Part shown: in pieces, positions 37,015-50,707 of the stretch
How positions within the stretch are numbered: position 1 is the stretch's first letter
Layout of the letters: each line of letters opens with the position of its first letter
Assembly: GCA_029717555.1 (NCBI GenBank)
Contig: JAMDHS010000091.1
Location: 1-64,000 of the forward strand
DNA from: Peribolospora baueri
Taxonomy: Eukaryota
Length of the DNA stretch: 64,000 nucleotides
Direction: 5' to 3'
Notes under the pieces: generated by a model
Databases searched by the model: none
What the model was told of the DNA's origin: nothing
Seen by the model: the letters and a program-made list of their open reading frames with translations, nothing else
Translations under genes and position numbers: made by a program

Positions 37015-40000
37015 ATGGTTCCTCCAAGAGGCAGAAAGGGCAGGCCGACAAGTTCGACGGCGGGGGCAGGTAAAAAGAAGGAGGACGGCGCTGACCAAAT
37101 GCCCTCAAGCAAGCTGAAGCAGGCGAAGCTGCAGATCGGGCGTGTATCCTCGACGTCGTCCGTGTCGTCTTATGATGCGAAATCGCAGACGTCGCAGAGT
37201 AAAAGCGAGGGTGAGCCCTCCAAGAAAGACAAGACGATGCGGCCCATGAGCTCCTTTGCTCAGGTGAGCACGGCGAATCTTGAGAAGCTGTATTTCTTTT
37301 CCTGTGAGCACGGTTCTGACGGGCCTTCCTCGCTGCCCCTGCTTGGATTTCGGCTCGCTCCCACAGCCCTCTGCCTTTCGACTGCCCGATCAGCCTCCCA
37401 TTGCGCGAGGCGGAACGCGAAGCAAGGGAAAGCAGAAAGCAGAAGAAGACGAGAAGGGGTTCATGGAAGACGTGCTCTGGGTGGACCTGTCGCGGCCCAC
37501 TAACAGGGTGAGCGTTCCTATGCCTGTTTACTTCGGATCGAAGAAGCAACGACGCGAACAAGTGGCTCACGCGTTGGAACATATATTTGGCAGAGCGAAC
37601 TAGCTTTGCATCCTAAAAAAGTGGAGGATGTGAAGCGATGGCTCTCTGAGGCGCTCGACGGGCCATCCAGTCTTCGCAAATACCGGGTGAGCCCCGAGTG
37701 ATGAGGCGCGCTTCCACTCTGACGCAGGCTCCTTGACTAAATTTCTTTCACTTGTCCTGCAGCGCATATTAGCTCTGACGGGGCCTGCAGGCTCCGGAAA
37801 AACGGCTGCGCTTCGGGTGCTCTCGTCCGTGGACGAGGTAAACTTTGATATTACGGAATGGAACAACGGCTCGCCCGCGGCGGGAGGCAATGACTGTGAG
37901 TTTTGAACACATTGGATCTGATTCACAAGTGTGAACTTGTATTGAACATCGAGCGTCTCGTCAACTTTAGTTGGAGGTTCCTATGCGGCGAGTTTTGCAG
38001 ACTTCCTTGACAGATCCACTCGATATCTACCCCTGTCATTCGATGATGTGGCCCCGATGTCGACGCCTTCCTCAGCTGGTTTCAACCGGCGCCGCGTTGT
38101 CCTCATTGAGGATCTTCCGAATCTGCAGCACCCTCCCACCCGGGAGGCTTTCCAAGCTGCAGTGAAAACCTTTCTAACCCCCTCGTCGAGTCCCGTCCCC
38201 GTTGACCGTCCACCGCTGGTTCTGATCCTGAGCGAGACAGTACCGCGGACAGACGAGGATGCGTGGGGTGGTTCTGGGGCTGCGAGCTGGAGGGATCGCG
38301 AGAATCAGACCTTGGACCTGAGGAGTGTTTTGCCGGAAGACGTGAGGTGCTCTGAGGGATTCACAAACATCAAGTGTGTCCATTGCAAGTCCTAGCTGGC
38401 TACTAGCTCTCGAATTCCCGGGCTGATATCACCATACCCACGCATCCCCTTCTCCCAGGTTCAACCCCATCGCCACCACAATCCTGTCCAAGGGTCTCCA
38501 GCGCGCCTTGTCCGCTGGAATCGAGAACTCAACGACTGCCATGAAGCGCCCTTCGAAAGAGGCTATTGATCTTATCGCGCGGTCTTCCAACGGAGACATT
38601 CGCAGCGCCATCAACTGTCTGCATTTTCTTTGCAGCGCCAATCTGCCGGACGGTTTGGTGGAGGAGGCGAAGATGAAGAAGAGAACGGCTAAGGGCGTGG
38701 TGAAGAAGGATGGCAAATCGAAGGGTCAGAATGCGAAAGCGATGAAGAAATTGTGGGTGCTCCGACCCTGGTTCTGATTCGGCCAAAGGGAAGGTGACAC
38801 TTCTAACTTGAATCACTTCACTCGACAGGTTGGACATGATGGCGCAGCGGGAGTCCTCTCTAGCGCTCTTCCACGCTTTGGGCAAAGTGTTGTGGAACAA
38901 GAGTTAGTACAGTAAAGCATGCGAGACTAGCGCGAGAGGGAGACGTCGCTGGTGGCTAACTGCGTGCATGTGATAATTGTGGCCCAGGGATCGGTGATGA
39001 CCCAGAGGAGCAGGATGACCCGTCTTCTTCCGCAGATGAATTGAGCGATGAGAAGGTTGTCCATCTCTCAGCCGACAAGGGCCTGGAGTGGGTTACGAAA
39101 GAGAGACAAAGAAGACAGCACACTCAGGCGGATACGGGCCCTCCAGCACTTCCCAGTCATCTACAAGAATGGGAGCGCAGACAAAGCCGCGCCGATGCCG
39201 AGGTGAGATTGCAGTCGCTAGTCTGTCACTTGCATCTTCCATACTCAAAAGGCTTTGCGCTCCGATGGCCTTGTTCGATTGCAGGAATTGTGGAGGTCGG
39301 CGCCAGTGGACACGTCTACTTTTCAACTATTTCTTCATCATAACTACCCCAACTTCTGCACCGACATCGATGAATGCCTGTCTTTGATGGAGTACATGAG
39401 CCTCTGCGACGCTGAGATGAGGCCGGATGTGGGGATGGTGAGCTCAGAACTGTTAGCTTTCCGCTGGGCGAATGGCCTGACTCTTTATTATCTGTCACCA
39501 ATTAGTTTCAGCACCTCCCGGTGATTTCGCAACATGCCTTTGCCGTATCAGTTCGGGGCACGCTGGTCTCCCTGCCTTCTCCGGTTCCACGCCGTGGACA
39601 GAGGATACTCAAACCGGCATTTTGGGAGATGAGCAAACAAGCTCGAGAGAACATGGTCGCCTTGGATGACTTTCAGCGCTTGGCGTACAGCGCTTCGGTT
39701 GCCGCTGGAGCAACCACGGCATGGTCGAGGGAGGTGTTGACGACAGAACTTGTGCCGTCCTTGCGCTTTCTGCGACCTCGCTCTCGCGGCGGTGAGCATG
39801 CGACCCAAGGATCCCACTCGTGGGGCGCACTGATTCGCTCACTGGAAACCCATCTATCCCAACCTCAGGCCTCCCGGAAAAGATCGTGGAGTTGTCGACG
39901 CTGAAGTTCGAACGGCCGTCAGCTGTGGACACGAGCCGGCACGTCCTTGGCGAAGACGAGATACCGGCTGAGGATGTATCGTCCTCTCAGCCGAATGCCT

Positions 40001-40128
40001 CACAGGCGGTGAACGATGGGACAAACGGGGATCGTTCCGTGTTCGAGATTGTGTCCACAGACCCGCTGGAAGGCGCAGATAGTCGGGCTCTGTATCTCGA
40101 GGATGACGATGTCGAAGCCTTCGACTAA
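37015..40128 (+). CDS. RAD24: Checkpoint clamp loader Rad24/Rad17 (AAA+), spliced
   Basis: LWVD...ELALHPKKVEDVKRWL; Walker A LTGPAGSGKT; VLIEDLPN; FNPIA; SNGDIRSAINCL; ESSLALFHALGKVLWNK. Confidence 0.9.
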
Positions 40129-40605
40129 GCCTGGCGTGTAATATATTTGAGCGGAGGCGAGTCGTTAGTCGTGTTGGAACCGGAATTTCGTTCGAGTTCT
40201 GCGGACGAGCACTTCTGTGCACACGCGGTTTATAAAACAGACGCCACCGCGGTTTACAAGCCGTCAGCTTCCTTGCAAGCTGCTCTCCTTGGAACGCGCT
40301 GCCGTCGAACTGGCGACCTTGGCGCGCCACTTTACGCGCTCAATGCGCCCTCTTGGCTGCGGCGCGCTCCAGAAAATTTGAATGCCGTTGCACCACCCTC
40401 CCTTCTTTTCCCGAGAAGACCACTCACGAACGCTGAAGATACCCCTCGCAAAACGTCGTTCACCGTCATCTAGCATAGGTCCTCCTCTTTCTCTCCCCAT
40501 TAATACTGAAGGGTGAGTGCGATATGCGCGGTCGATCGGGCCGGTGGACTCCCATGATAACGATGACCATTATCCTCCGGTTCGTCTTACGCTTTGTAGG
40601 CCGAG

Positions 40606-43600
40606 ATGAGTGCCCAACACCTGTTCCAGCTCTTCTCATCGACCTACCATGCGGACCCTAACGTCCGAAAGGCCGCCGAGCTTGAGATCCGTAAGGTGCA
40701 TGGGTCCCACATCAGCACACCAGTAGGGGCACTAGGCTGATTCACCGTCTCTACCATCTCTTCCCCCCCCAACCCCACGCTCTCCTTGGTATCCGTGCCC
40801 GCAGATCGAAGCCGAACCCGGCATGCTCATCACCGTCTTTGGGCTGCTGAGTTCGGATCAGACCGAGATGGCGGTCCGGCAGGCGACGGCCGTGTACCTC
40901 AAAAACCGCGTTCGCCGCGGCTGGGACGTCGACGAGTCGCGTTTCCAGACTCAAGCTGGCGGTCCCACCAACACGCCCCCCATCCCGCAGGTGGATCGGG
41001 ATCAGATCAAGGCAGGCATCCTGGACGCTCTCGTGAAGACGCCCCCTCAGGTCCGCGTTCAGCTCGCTTCTACTCTCAACCTCATCCTCTTGTCCGACTT
41101 CCCCGACAAGTGGTCCGGCTTCATCGAAAATGTGAACGGGATGCTTCACAGCCCGGAAGTCTCGGTCAACTATGGCGGAATGCGCGCACTTTTGGAAGTC
41201 TTGAAGGCCTACAGGTGGGCATATACTTAGCGTCGATATGTCTCTATTATGCTACTCGCTGACTCGCCAGCATCTTCTCGGCTGCAGGTGGCGCACCTCA
41301 GAACAGCCCATCGTCGAGCAGATCGTGTCGGTCACCTTCCCGCAACTCATTGCCCACGCCACTTCTCTAATCAATTCGCCCAACGTGACTTCCTCGGACG
41401 TTGGCGAGCTCTTGTACGTCATCCTCAAGTGCTACAAGACCGCCATCAATCGCGAGTTGCCGCCGCCGCTTCAGCAGCGCGACAGCATTTACCAGTGGGG
41501 ATCTCTCTTCCTCAAGGTTGTCGAAAAGCAGATCCCTCTGGATCAGCTCCCCGCTGATCCAGAGGAGAGGGAGAAGAGTAGCTGGTGGAAGGCGAAGAAG
41601 TGGGCCTACCACTCCCTCAACAAACTTTTTGCTCGGTGCGTTTTTTTTTGTTCTCAAAACACCCGAATGGTTCACTGACTCGTCTTGGCCCTTCTCTGTT
41701 CAGTTACGGCAACCCCTCCCAGCTCCCGTCGAACATGCAGCGCTTCAAGCCGTTTGCGGACACGTTCGTCGTCCAGTTTGCGCCTGAGATCCTCAAGGCC
41801 TACTTGCGCGAGACCGATCGCCACGTTACCGAGAAGGCGTGGCTGAGTAACAAGGTCCTGCATTTCATCTTCAGCTTTTACGCCGAGTGGTGAGTCCAGG
41901 TGTTCCAATGCGGATTCGAGCTACGTGCGGGGAACGTTAAAGACGTTTACGAATGTCCAATTCACGTCTCAGCATCAAGCCCAAGTCGACCTGGGACCTT
42001 CTCAAGCCGCACGTCAACAACCTCGTGTCTCGCTTTGTTTTCCCGACCATGTGCTTCTCTGACGAGGAAGAGGAGTTGTGGGAGGATGATGCGGTTGAAT
42101 ACGTTAGGGCAAAGATCGGTAAGTAGATTGATATCGTTCTTATCGATCTTGTGGTCGCGGCAGCTCATTTGATTCATTCTTGATTCATCCATGTCGCTCA
42201 AAGATGCGTTCGAGGACTTCGGCTCGCCCGCCTCCACCGCTACATCGCTCTTGATCGCTCTCGTCCAGAACAGGAAGAAGGCCACGTTCGAAGACACCCT
42301 GGGATTCATCAACTCCGTTGTGAGCTCCTATCCTGCATCCACGGGGCCCAGAGAAAAGGAGGGTGCTCTCCGCATGTTCGGTGCGCTCGCGCACTCTGCC
42401 ACCCGAAGCGCGAAGGTTGGGCCGCTGCTCGAGGGCTTCTTTGTTCAGTATGTCATCCCGGACTTTAAGAGCGAGCAACGCTTCCTCCGTGCAAGGGTAA
42501 GTGGTTGAGTTCAGCTTCAGTGAAAAGCTAAAGAGGATGTACTCACAAAGCTGAACTCGCTACTCCGTAGGCCTGCGACCTCGTCACCGCTTTCGAGACA
42601 TATGACATGAAGTGGTCGAACGCCCAGAACCTCGAGGCCGTCTTCCATGGCGTCACTGCTTGTATGACGGACCCCGAGTTGCCCGTGCGTGTGACGGCGG
42701 CCAGGGCGATCGCAGAACTAGTCAACCACGAGGTCGTGCACAACGCCATGGCTCCTAACGCTGGCCCGCTCATGCAAGGTGAGTTGACTATGGTCTTGAT
42801 TGTGCCAGCAGTCCGTCCAGTTAACGCGATTTCGGTTGCATCTTTCAGAGCTCATCAAGCTGAACAACCAGATCGAACTTGATACGCTCAGTCGCACCAT
42901 GTCGTCCATTGTCGAAAACTTTGCGGAGGAGATGTTGCCTTTCGCGGTGCAGCTCACGGAGCACCTGGTGAGGCCCTGTAAGGCTCCCGTATCACTAGCC
43001 TCGCGCTGCTCTTCGCTGATTTCAGTTCTCATGCGCTTCGTTCTGTAGCGTGACAGGTATATGCGCCTGATGAAGGACACTATCGAAGCAGCCAGGAAGG
43101 CGGAGGCTGACGTCGACAATATTGACTTGGACGACACTACTGGCGAGGACAAGACTCTGGCAGCCATGGGAGACCTTGCAACCATCCAGCAGATCCTGGC
43201 AATCACGCAGAACTCCGAGACAATCATGGCCCAGGTTGAGCAAGTGCTTCTTCCTTTGATCGCGTTCAGCCTTGAGAGCAACACCGTCGGTGAGTTCATC
43301 TTGCTCCATCAATGGAGAGCTTATCAGCGTTCAACACTCATTTCTACGTCCTCCATGTCCCGCGTGACGTAGAGATGTACGACGACGTCCTTGAGATCTT
43401 GGACAGCCTCACTTTCTGGCAGAAGAAGATCTCGCCGCAGGCGTGGCAGATTTTCGAGCTGTTGTACCAGTCCTTCAAGAAGGACGCCATTGACTTCCTC
43501 GGCGGTGAGCGACTCTGTTATTTGACTAGTGCTTTCTTCATAATGTCACTCAATTCTCCGCTCCTCATTCCTGTGTCGCAGAGATGACCGCCTCGCTCGA

Positions 43601-44803
43601 CAATTTCCTGTCCTACGGCTCTGACGTCTTCGCCCAGCGCCCCGACTACCGCCGTATGGTCTTGGATATCTTCGAGACAGCCATGAGAAGCGACAAGCTC
43701 GGTGTTGGTGACCGCATCGCAGCGTGCAAGATCGCTGAGGGCGCACTGCTTCACCTCCGGGGCCAGATCGACGAGGCCATCCCCGCGATCATCCAGATCG
43801 TCATTCAGCACGCCATTGCGCCCAGAGGCAGTCGGTCGCTCAAGTTCTTCTGCGTCGAGATTGTGCTTAACGCGATCTACTACAACCCGCAGATTGCCCT
43901 CGGCGCTCTGGAGCAGAACAACCTTACGGCCGCATTCTTCACTAGCTACCTCAAAGACATCGAGATGTTCAAAAGGGTGCACGACAAGAAGATTTCCATC
44001 ATGGCCCTGGCCTCTCTCCTCGAGACACCTCAGGTCCTCGCCTCGCCGTCTCTTCAACAGGGGTTGCCTCAGGTGGCCGCCGCATTGCTCAGGAATTTGG
44101 CCACTTTCCCCACTGCATGGGAGGGTAAGTGGCTGCTTTACTCCGTATGTTGTCGAGGGGATCGTGATAGCTGACGGCACGTCTGATGCAATGACTGGTG
44201 ACGCAGAGCGCAAGCAGTTGATGTCCATGATGGAGGAAGCTGATGATGACGATGAGGAGGCTGACATTGGCGACGATGGTTTCGAGGACGAAGGTGAGCT
44301 TGGCTGCCGCCTTTTCCGCATTCCGTTGGCTGATCAATCATCTACTGTCTGTTCGTGCCCCAGAATCTGAGGAGGGTGACATTCAGGACGAGGACAACGA
44401 GTATCTCGAGGTTCTTGCGCAAGAGGCTGAGCGTCTACGTGAACAAGAAGCTCGCGGTGCAACCGATGCCAGCACGGACGACGACCTTGAGGAGGACGAC
44501 GAGGTGCGCCCAACTTTCAGGAGCTTGAGCCGGAAAAGCCAATCTGAATCCAAATCGCTGATCGACTGCCTTTCCTTTCCCACGTCACAGATCGAAGAAG
44601 AGCTCATGTATGAGAGCCCGCTGGACCAGCTCTCGGTGTACGACCGCTTCCGTCAACTCAATGCGAACCTCCAGGCGACCCAGCCACAAGTGCTGCAGGT
44701 GATTCTGAGCAGCCTGAGTGGGGACCAGCAGGAGCTCTGGCAGAAGGTGCTGCAACAGCCGAACGAGCTTGAGGAGCAGCAGGGGCAACAGGCCAAAGCT
44801 TGA
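40606..44803 (+). CDS. NMD5: Importin-7/8 family karyopherin (Nmd5/Sxm1-like), spliced
   Basis: IBN_N region DPNVRKAAELEIRK...QATAVYLKNRV; DFPDKW; WWKAKKWAY; YGNPSQLP; FLRARACD; RVHDKKISI; acidic C-terminus. Possible 5'UTR intron at 40513-40599. Confidence 0.9.
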
Positions 44804-45605
44804 TCCTGCGAAGGACTGAGAAGGCCAAGCCCGTAGGAGGTGAAGAGACGTGTTAAACTTGAATGCTTGCCACGGATCTTGCCCAGGCGCCCGTTACGTC
44901 CGCAAACGCGGTGAGATCAAAAATGCCTGTTTCTTTCTTTCCCCCTCCCTTCCCGTACCTGTCGGCCTCGCTCGTCTCTGGCTCGCATGTCTCTACTTCA
45001 CGACACGATTTAATGGGTAACGACTTGTTCGCTTGGAGCGCAGGGTGGTGCACCAGTGCCGACCGGCCTCGTACGAAGACGCTTGTCGGTGACACGGCCC
45101 GCCTCCCGGCACCTCGGCGAATCTGTTTTCGAGTTTCCGAGCCGAGGCTAGCGTTGCGCAAGGCAGAGGGGGCGAGCTCGCTCCTACGTCGACTGGGATG
45201 AGTGTTCAAGTAGAGTCTTTCAATAAAAGGTCATGGCGGGAGTGAGAGCGAGCGACATGGCGTGATGTGGAGGTCACGAGACGAGCAGAGAGATGAGAGC
45301 GACTTGTGGTGTACAGTGGCACAGTCCTGTACATCGCGAGACACTGCGGCTCCCAATGGGCACAGTGATGTGGAGGTGTGGAGGAGTGGCGGCGTCTGCC
45401 CATCGGGAAAAAAACCAGCGCCCGTGGGCAGCAAGCGAAGGTGGTTCCGTCGAACGGGGAGCTGGGACGGGTGACGTATTTAAGAACGGATGTGCCGTGG
45501 TGGGGGGACATGCGTCGCTCTCTTCTCTTCTCCCAATCCACCGCCCCGTCTCGTCTTTTTCTTGTGTCACCCAGCCATCGCTCACATCGTCCACTACTCT
45601 CAGAC

Positions 45606-47378
45606 ATGGCCGACATTCCTCACTTCACCCTCAGCACCGGACAGAAGATCCCCTCCGTGGCCATGGGGTGAGTGGGTTTCGCACGCCCGCGGCGACCATG
45701 CAGCAGGCTGAGAGACACGCGGGACACGTCCGCCCCTTCCCTGCCACAAGCTGCTGGATGGGCGAGCCAGGTCGTGGCGAGGAAGTGACCCGCGGGCTGA
45801 CGGAGGCGTTTAAGGTAGGCTACCGTCACCTCGACACGGCGGCCGCGTACATGAATGAGAAGGAAGTGGGACAGGCCGTCAGGGAGTCTGGCCTGCCGAG
45901 GGACCACGTCTTCATCACGAGTGGGTTTGGGAAAACACGGCCTCTGTGGCACACCGGACGCATTCTCTGATGTCCAGCCGTCCCCCCTGTGACCACACCT
46001 TTCAGCCAAGGTCTGGAACACCCGCCACCACGAGCCGGAGAAGGCTTTGGACGACTCGCTCGCCCAGCTCGGCATGGACTACGTTGACCTCTACCTCATG
46101 CATGTAAGCGACCCATCTTCTTCTCTCCGCTCGATCGTGAGCTTCGCAAGAAGAAGAAGGGGAGAACGCGCACATGGTTCTCAACCACTTACGCCTCGCT
46201 TCTCTCTCCTCCCGCACGCAGTGGCCTCAAGCCAACGTCCCCGGCTTGATGGAAGCAGGACACGTTGCTGTCCAGGAAGACGAATCGATTGATTACGTCA
46301 CGACGTGGCAGAAGATGGAGCAACTGTTAGAGACTGGTGCGTGCGCAAGCCTTAGTCTCGCTGTTTGCCTGACCGCTCTCTTCTGTTGTTCCTCATAGGT
46401 AAGACCAAGGCCATCGGCGTGTCTAACTTCTCCTTGAAAAACCTCAAGCCCTTGTTGGAGAAGGCCAAGGTCGTGCCGACTGTCAACCAGGTGCATTGCT
46501 CGGCTACCATTGATTTGGACAGGAGGCAGGCTGGCTCGCGAGCTCTCCATACTGACTCGCCTCATCTCTTCCCTTTTCGAACCTCTCACCCTCATCATAC
46601 CCAGATCGAAGCGCACCCTTACCTACCCGACCACGAAGTCGTCGCCTTTTGCGCTAAACACAACATCCACGTCACGGCCTACTCTCCTCTGGGACAGTAC
46701 GATTCTCCCATTCTGCGCGACCCCGATCTTAAAAAGATCGCCGATGAGACGGGCAGCACGATCGGTCAAGTCGCTCTCAGTTGGGCCGTGCAGAGGGGGA
46801 CGAGCGTTGCTCCTAAGGTGAGCTGCCGGCGTCGGTAAAGAATTGGTTTCGTCGAGAGGGAGGGCGGGGAGGGAAGAGGACGTCCGGTCTTCCCAGCACT
46901 TTGATTGGTTGTTGATCTCTATGATCTCGTCCCTAGTCATCCAACCCGACCAGGATGAAGCAGAACATCACGGTACGTTCTTGTTCTTGATTACTTCTTG
47001 GCTCACGTTTTCTAACTTTCAAGCGGCGGTTGATGAATCACACGTTGACTTATCCTTTTCCACCACCTGCTCGTCCTTACAGCTCGTTAAACTAACCCCA
47101 GAACAGATGAACGTGATCGACCACATCTCTGACGACCCGAAGCGACACAAGCGACTGGCCTCCGGGCCTTACAAGGAAGGGAAGGTCTTCGGCTGGACGT
47201 TGGAACAGCTGGGTGAGTGCATCTTCTCGAGCTTGTGTCAATTTGCTTGCTTCTCATCTCTCGTCTCCTTTTTTTGTCGCGTCGTGCGTCGTGCGCCCCG
47301 CGTCCTCTACGCCTATGCGACACACTCCCCGTTTTTACCGCCCTTTCTCTTTGCGTAGGCTGGGAGGTCGGCTTCTGA
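45606..47378 (+). CDS. Aldo-keto reductase (Gcy1/Ypr1-like), spliced
   Basis: GYRHLDTAAAYMNEKEVG, YVDLYLMHWP, KAIGVSNFS, NQIEAHPYL, TAYSPLG and WAVQRG...PKSSNPTR. Confidence 0.93.
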
Positions 47379-48004
47379 GTCAAGGCAGGGTTCGTTCTAG
47401 TCGTAGGACTTGAGTCCTCTGCCTATGCTCGAGGTGGCTTCGAAGGACTCGAAGGATAAGAGCACGTTGTGGCAGCCATACTGTACGAGTACTCTCACTA
47501 GAGCCCGTAGACGGAACGGAGCGTGGAAACGTGATAAAGCAGCAACTGCGCCCATGCAGATCCTATTTCCCACTTCACACGCTCACCAAGCCGACGTCGG
47601 GTGAGCTGCAAGATGGTAGGGTAGAAGAGGGAAACGTTCGGTGGCTCGACTTGCCGACCTCAGGCCTGCTCTCCTCGGGCGGTCACGATGACCAAGGTGA
47701 GGACGGGCGAAGGAAAGAGCGAAGAGAGACGGTTTGGAGATTCGCTGGGCGCGTTTCGTCACACCTGCCTACCTGCGTTCTGCTTTGACTGCGCTGTGTA
47801 ACGGCCCTTCTTCTCGTATATCGTTCGAGGACAGTGGTCCCCATCTGCGTATTGATCACTCCTGCGAAAAGACTTTGGGCTGAGTCGTGGTGAAGTGGAA
47901 AGATGTGTAAAATCGCGGTGCCGTTTGATTTTGCGGGCCGCGTCGGTCGATCGCTCGCTGCACTCTTTCATCCGTCACCACCACCATCGCTTGCACCGTC
48001 CACC

Positions 48005-50426
48005 ATGGACGGGAATAACACCGACGACAACAGTGCCGCGGGAGCGAGCGCCATCGTGGATGCGTCCTCCTCGCAGCCGGGCATCTCTACTTCCTCCATC
48101 ACCACCGTCGGCGACACGCAGCCTCCTCAGTATCCTCCTTCGCCACATTCCCAGCCCACGACTGTCACAACGACAGACGACAGCTTCGCAAAGCCGAGTG
48201 ACAGTTCGACATCCCAAACTCTGCTCCAGTCATCTGTACCCACCTCGACATGGACGTCAATGGAAGCGGAACAGCAAGTCGGACCGTCGTCCCAAAGCAA
48301 TTCTTTTCCGAATGTCCCGTTCATGATCGCTCCCGAGAACCACATCGCTCCCACCCCCTCCAGCTCCTCCTCGCAGCACGGCTCAAACCCAGACGCAGGC
48401 AAAGGAGGACGAGGTGGCAGCGGCCGAGGGGGAAAGTCCAGAAGGGGCTCCACCATTACCCGGCTCAATGTGGGCGTAGCGGCCGACGGGAGCTTGCCGG
48501 ACCGACAACGACGCAAGTCCATGAGAGCAAAGGAGAGCTTACAGTCCGAGTTCGCCTTTGGGGAGTACGAGCGCGGCGATGTCCCGGATGGTCGTGGCGA
48601 CGGTGGAGGAGGAGGAGGAGCCGCGGGGGAAGCAAAAAAGCTGCGAAGAGCGTCCAGGCTTGGAGGGCCTCACGCCGGCAAGGGCAAGGGGTGGAGGAAA
48701 GGGCAAGGCAAAGGCCCCGCCCCGAAGATTTCTCTTCGTCTGGCCGAGGGGGGTTCTAGCGCGGCTGCAATAGAGGCGAGGTACATGCAGGGGTATAACC
48801 GCGAGCTGGATTCCAGCGATGACGAGGGACTGGCGTTCGAGGAGCAGTTCATACTCAGGATGCCTGAGGGTCCGGATTGTGAGCGACTCAGGGAGATGGT
48901 CAAGAAGAAGAAGGTCGGAGAAGATGTTTGGTTCAAGTTTAAGGGTGCGTCGAGGATCTCTGGCTTGATCCGGTGGAGCGAAGCGCGATAAACCCGTGAG
49001 TATGATGGTGCTGACCGTTCGATGATGTTAAACCCTCGCCGCTTAGACTCCCGTCGAGCCGTCTTCCACATCGGAGACACTACCTATTCTGCCAAGCTAG
49101 TGGACCTTCCGAGCATCATAGAGAGTCAGAAAACTCTGGACAACAAGCATATGTTCAAGGTCGCTGATATTTGCCAGGTGAGCGCCGGAGCTACGTGCGA
49201 GCCTGTCCACTCTGGTCTGCCAGTCGTCTTCTGGGCCTTACCGTTCATGAATCCATCCCTTGACCATCGTCCTCTTTCCCTGTTCTCTCGATGCGCAGAT
49301 GCTCCTTGTGGAAGACCCTCTCGCTTCAGAAGACGTCGTAACCGAAGGCTCGGGCAAGCCAATGAACGTCGAGGACTTCGTCTTCCCACACGGCATCACC
49401 CCTCCCATGAAGCACGCGCGCAAAAGGCGCTTCCGCAAGAGAGTTGCTCGAAGGGTGAGCCGGCGGTGCGATTGTTGGTTGGCGTAAGATCGAGAGCTTT
49501 CTCGTTGACTTGGTTTTTATGGTCTTTTGCGTCGCCCTGACAGACCATCGAGACTGTCGAGAAGGAGGTGGAACGATTATTGGAGGAGGACGCCAAGGCG
49601 GAGAAAGTCCAGTTCGGTGAATAAAACAGCATGACCGATGTATTTGCTATTCCAAAGAGGAGGGCCTATGCTGACTATTTGATGATCACGTCCGCCCGGA
49701 CCCTTCTTTCTTCGACAGAAATCCTGGACGGAGTCAACGCTGATCTCTCCGACTCAGAGTTCGGCACACCTCTTCCCGGCGAGACGCCACGTCCGGAAGC
49801 GAGATCGGGGACGGAGGCGATGTCGGAGCTCGGGGAGGGCGAGACACCTCGTCGACTCACCGAGGACGAAGGCGGTGCCGAGGGGGAGGAAGGAGACCTG
49901 GGAAGCGACGCTGGCGGGAGCGTGTTTGGCGGATCGGACGAGGGCGAAGGAGAGGGCGAGGGAGAGTTCGATGCAGATCTCGCTGCGGAGCTGGACAAGG
50001 AGATGCAAGGCTTGGAAGAGGACGAGGAAGAGGAAGGAGAGGGCGAGGAGGATGAGGACGATGAGGATGAGGACGATGAGGACGAAGACGAGGGAGAAGA
50101 GGACGAGGAGATGGATGAGGAGAGTCTCGAGCTCGCCAGGAGGCATAAGCTCCTCCTCGCCGAAGTGCGCGATCTTGACACCGCCGTCAAGAAGAAGGAG
50201 GCTGAGGTGACCGGCACTACGAACCCGCTCATTAAGGTGAGTCTTCTTGAGCCATTCTCAGGTCCTATTTCATGCACCAGGTAGTGCCGATGTGCTGCTC
50301 ACTAACCGTGGGGATTCCCTCCCTTCCCGCTCGTGTTCACAGCAACGCCACGAGGACTCATTACGAAAGCTCGTCGCCGAACGCGATATCAAGCGCAACC
50401 AGCTGGAGCAAAACGGCGCCGCTTGA
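48005..50426 (+). CDS. TAF7: TFIID subunit 7 (TAFII55_N domain), spliced
   Basis: FEEQFILRMP; YSAKLVDLPSIIESQKTLD...FKVADICQMLLV; PHGITPPMKHARKRRFRKR; acidic tract then NPLIKQR coiled coil. Confidence 0.92.
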
Positions 50427-50707
50427 GAGTAGCTCCTTCCGACCGATTTCTGTAGGCGCAGCAGCTGTTCTCTGTGATCCACAGCTACCGCCGTCGTCTG
50501 CTTGCACCATTCCCGTGGATAGGCGGGATGCTGTTCTTGCTAATGGGATCAGTGCTTGAAATACACGGCGCGAAATGGACTAGCATACAGGTACCAGGGG
50601 CCGAAACATGCTAGGACGAAGTCAAAACGACGCACACACCTGCCAGCGCTTTCTCAGCGCTCTTCTCAATGGACTAGGATGCTCTTCAACCTACGAATCT
50701 CGATGGC

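Noticed and set aside
49675..50277. Poly-Ser minus-strand ORF
   Set aside because: It is the antisense of the acidic GAG/GAC tract of TAF7.
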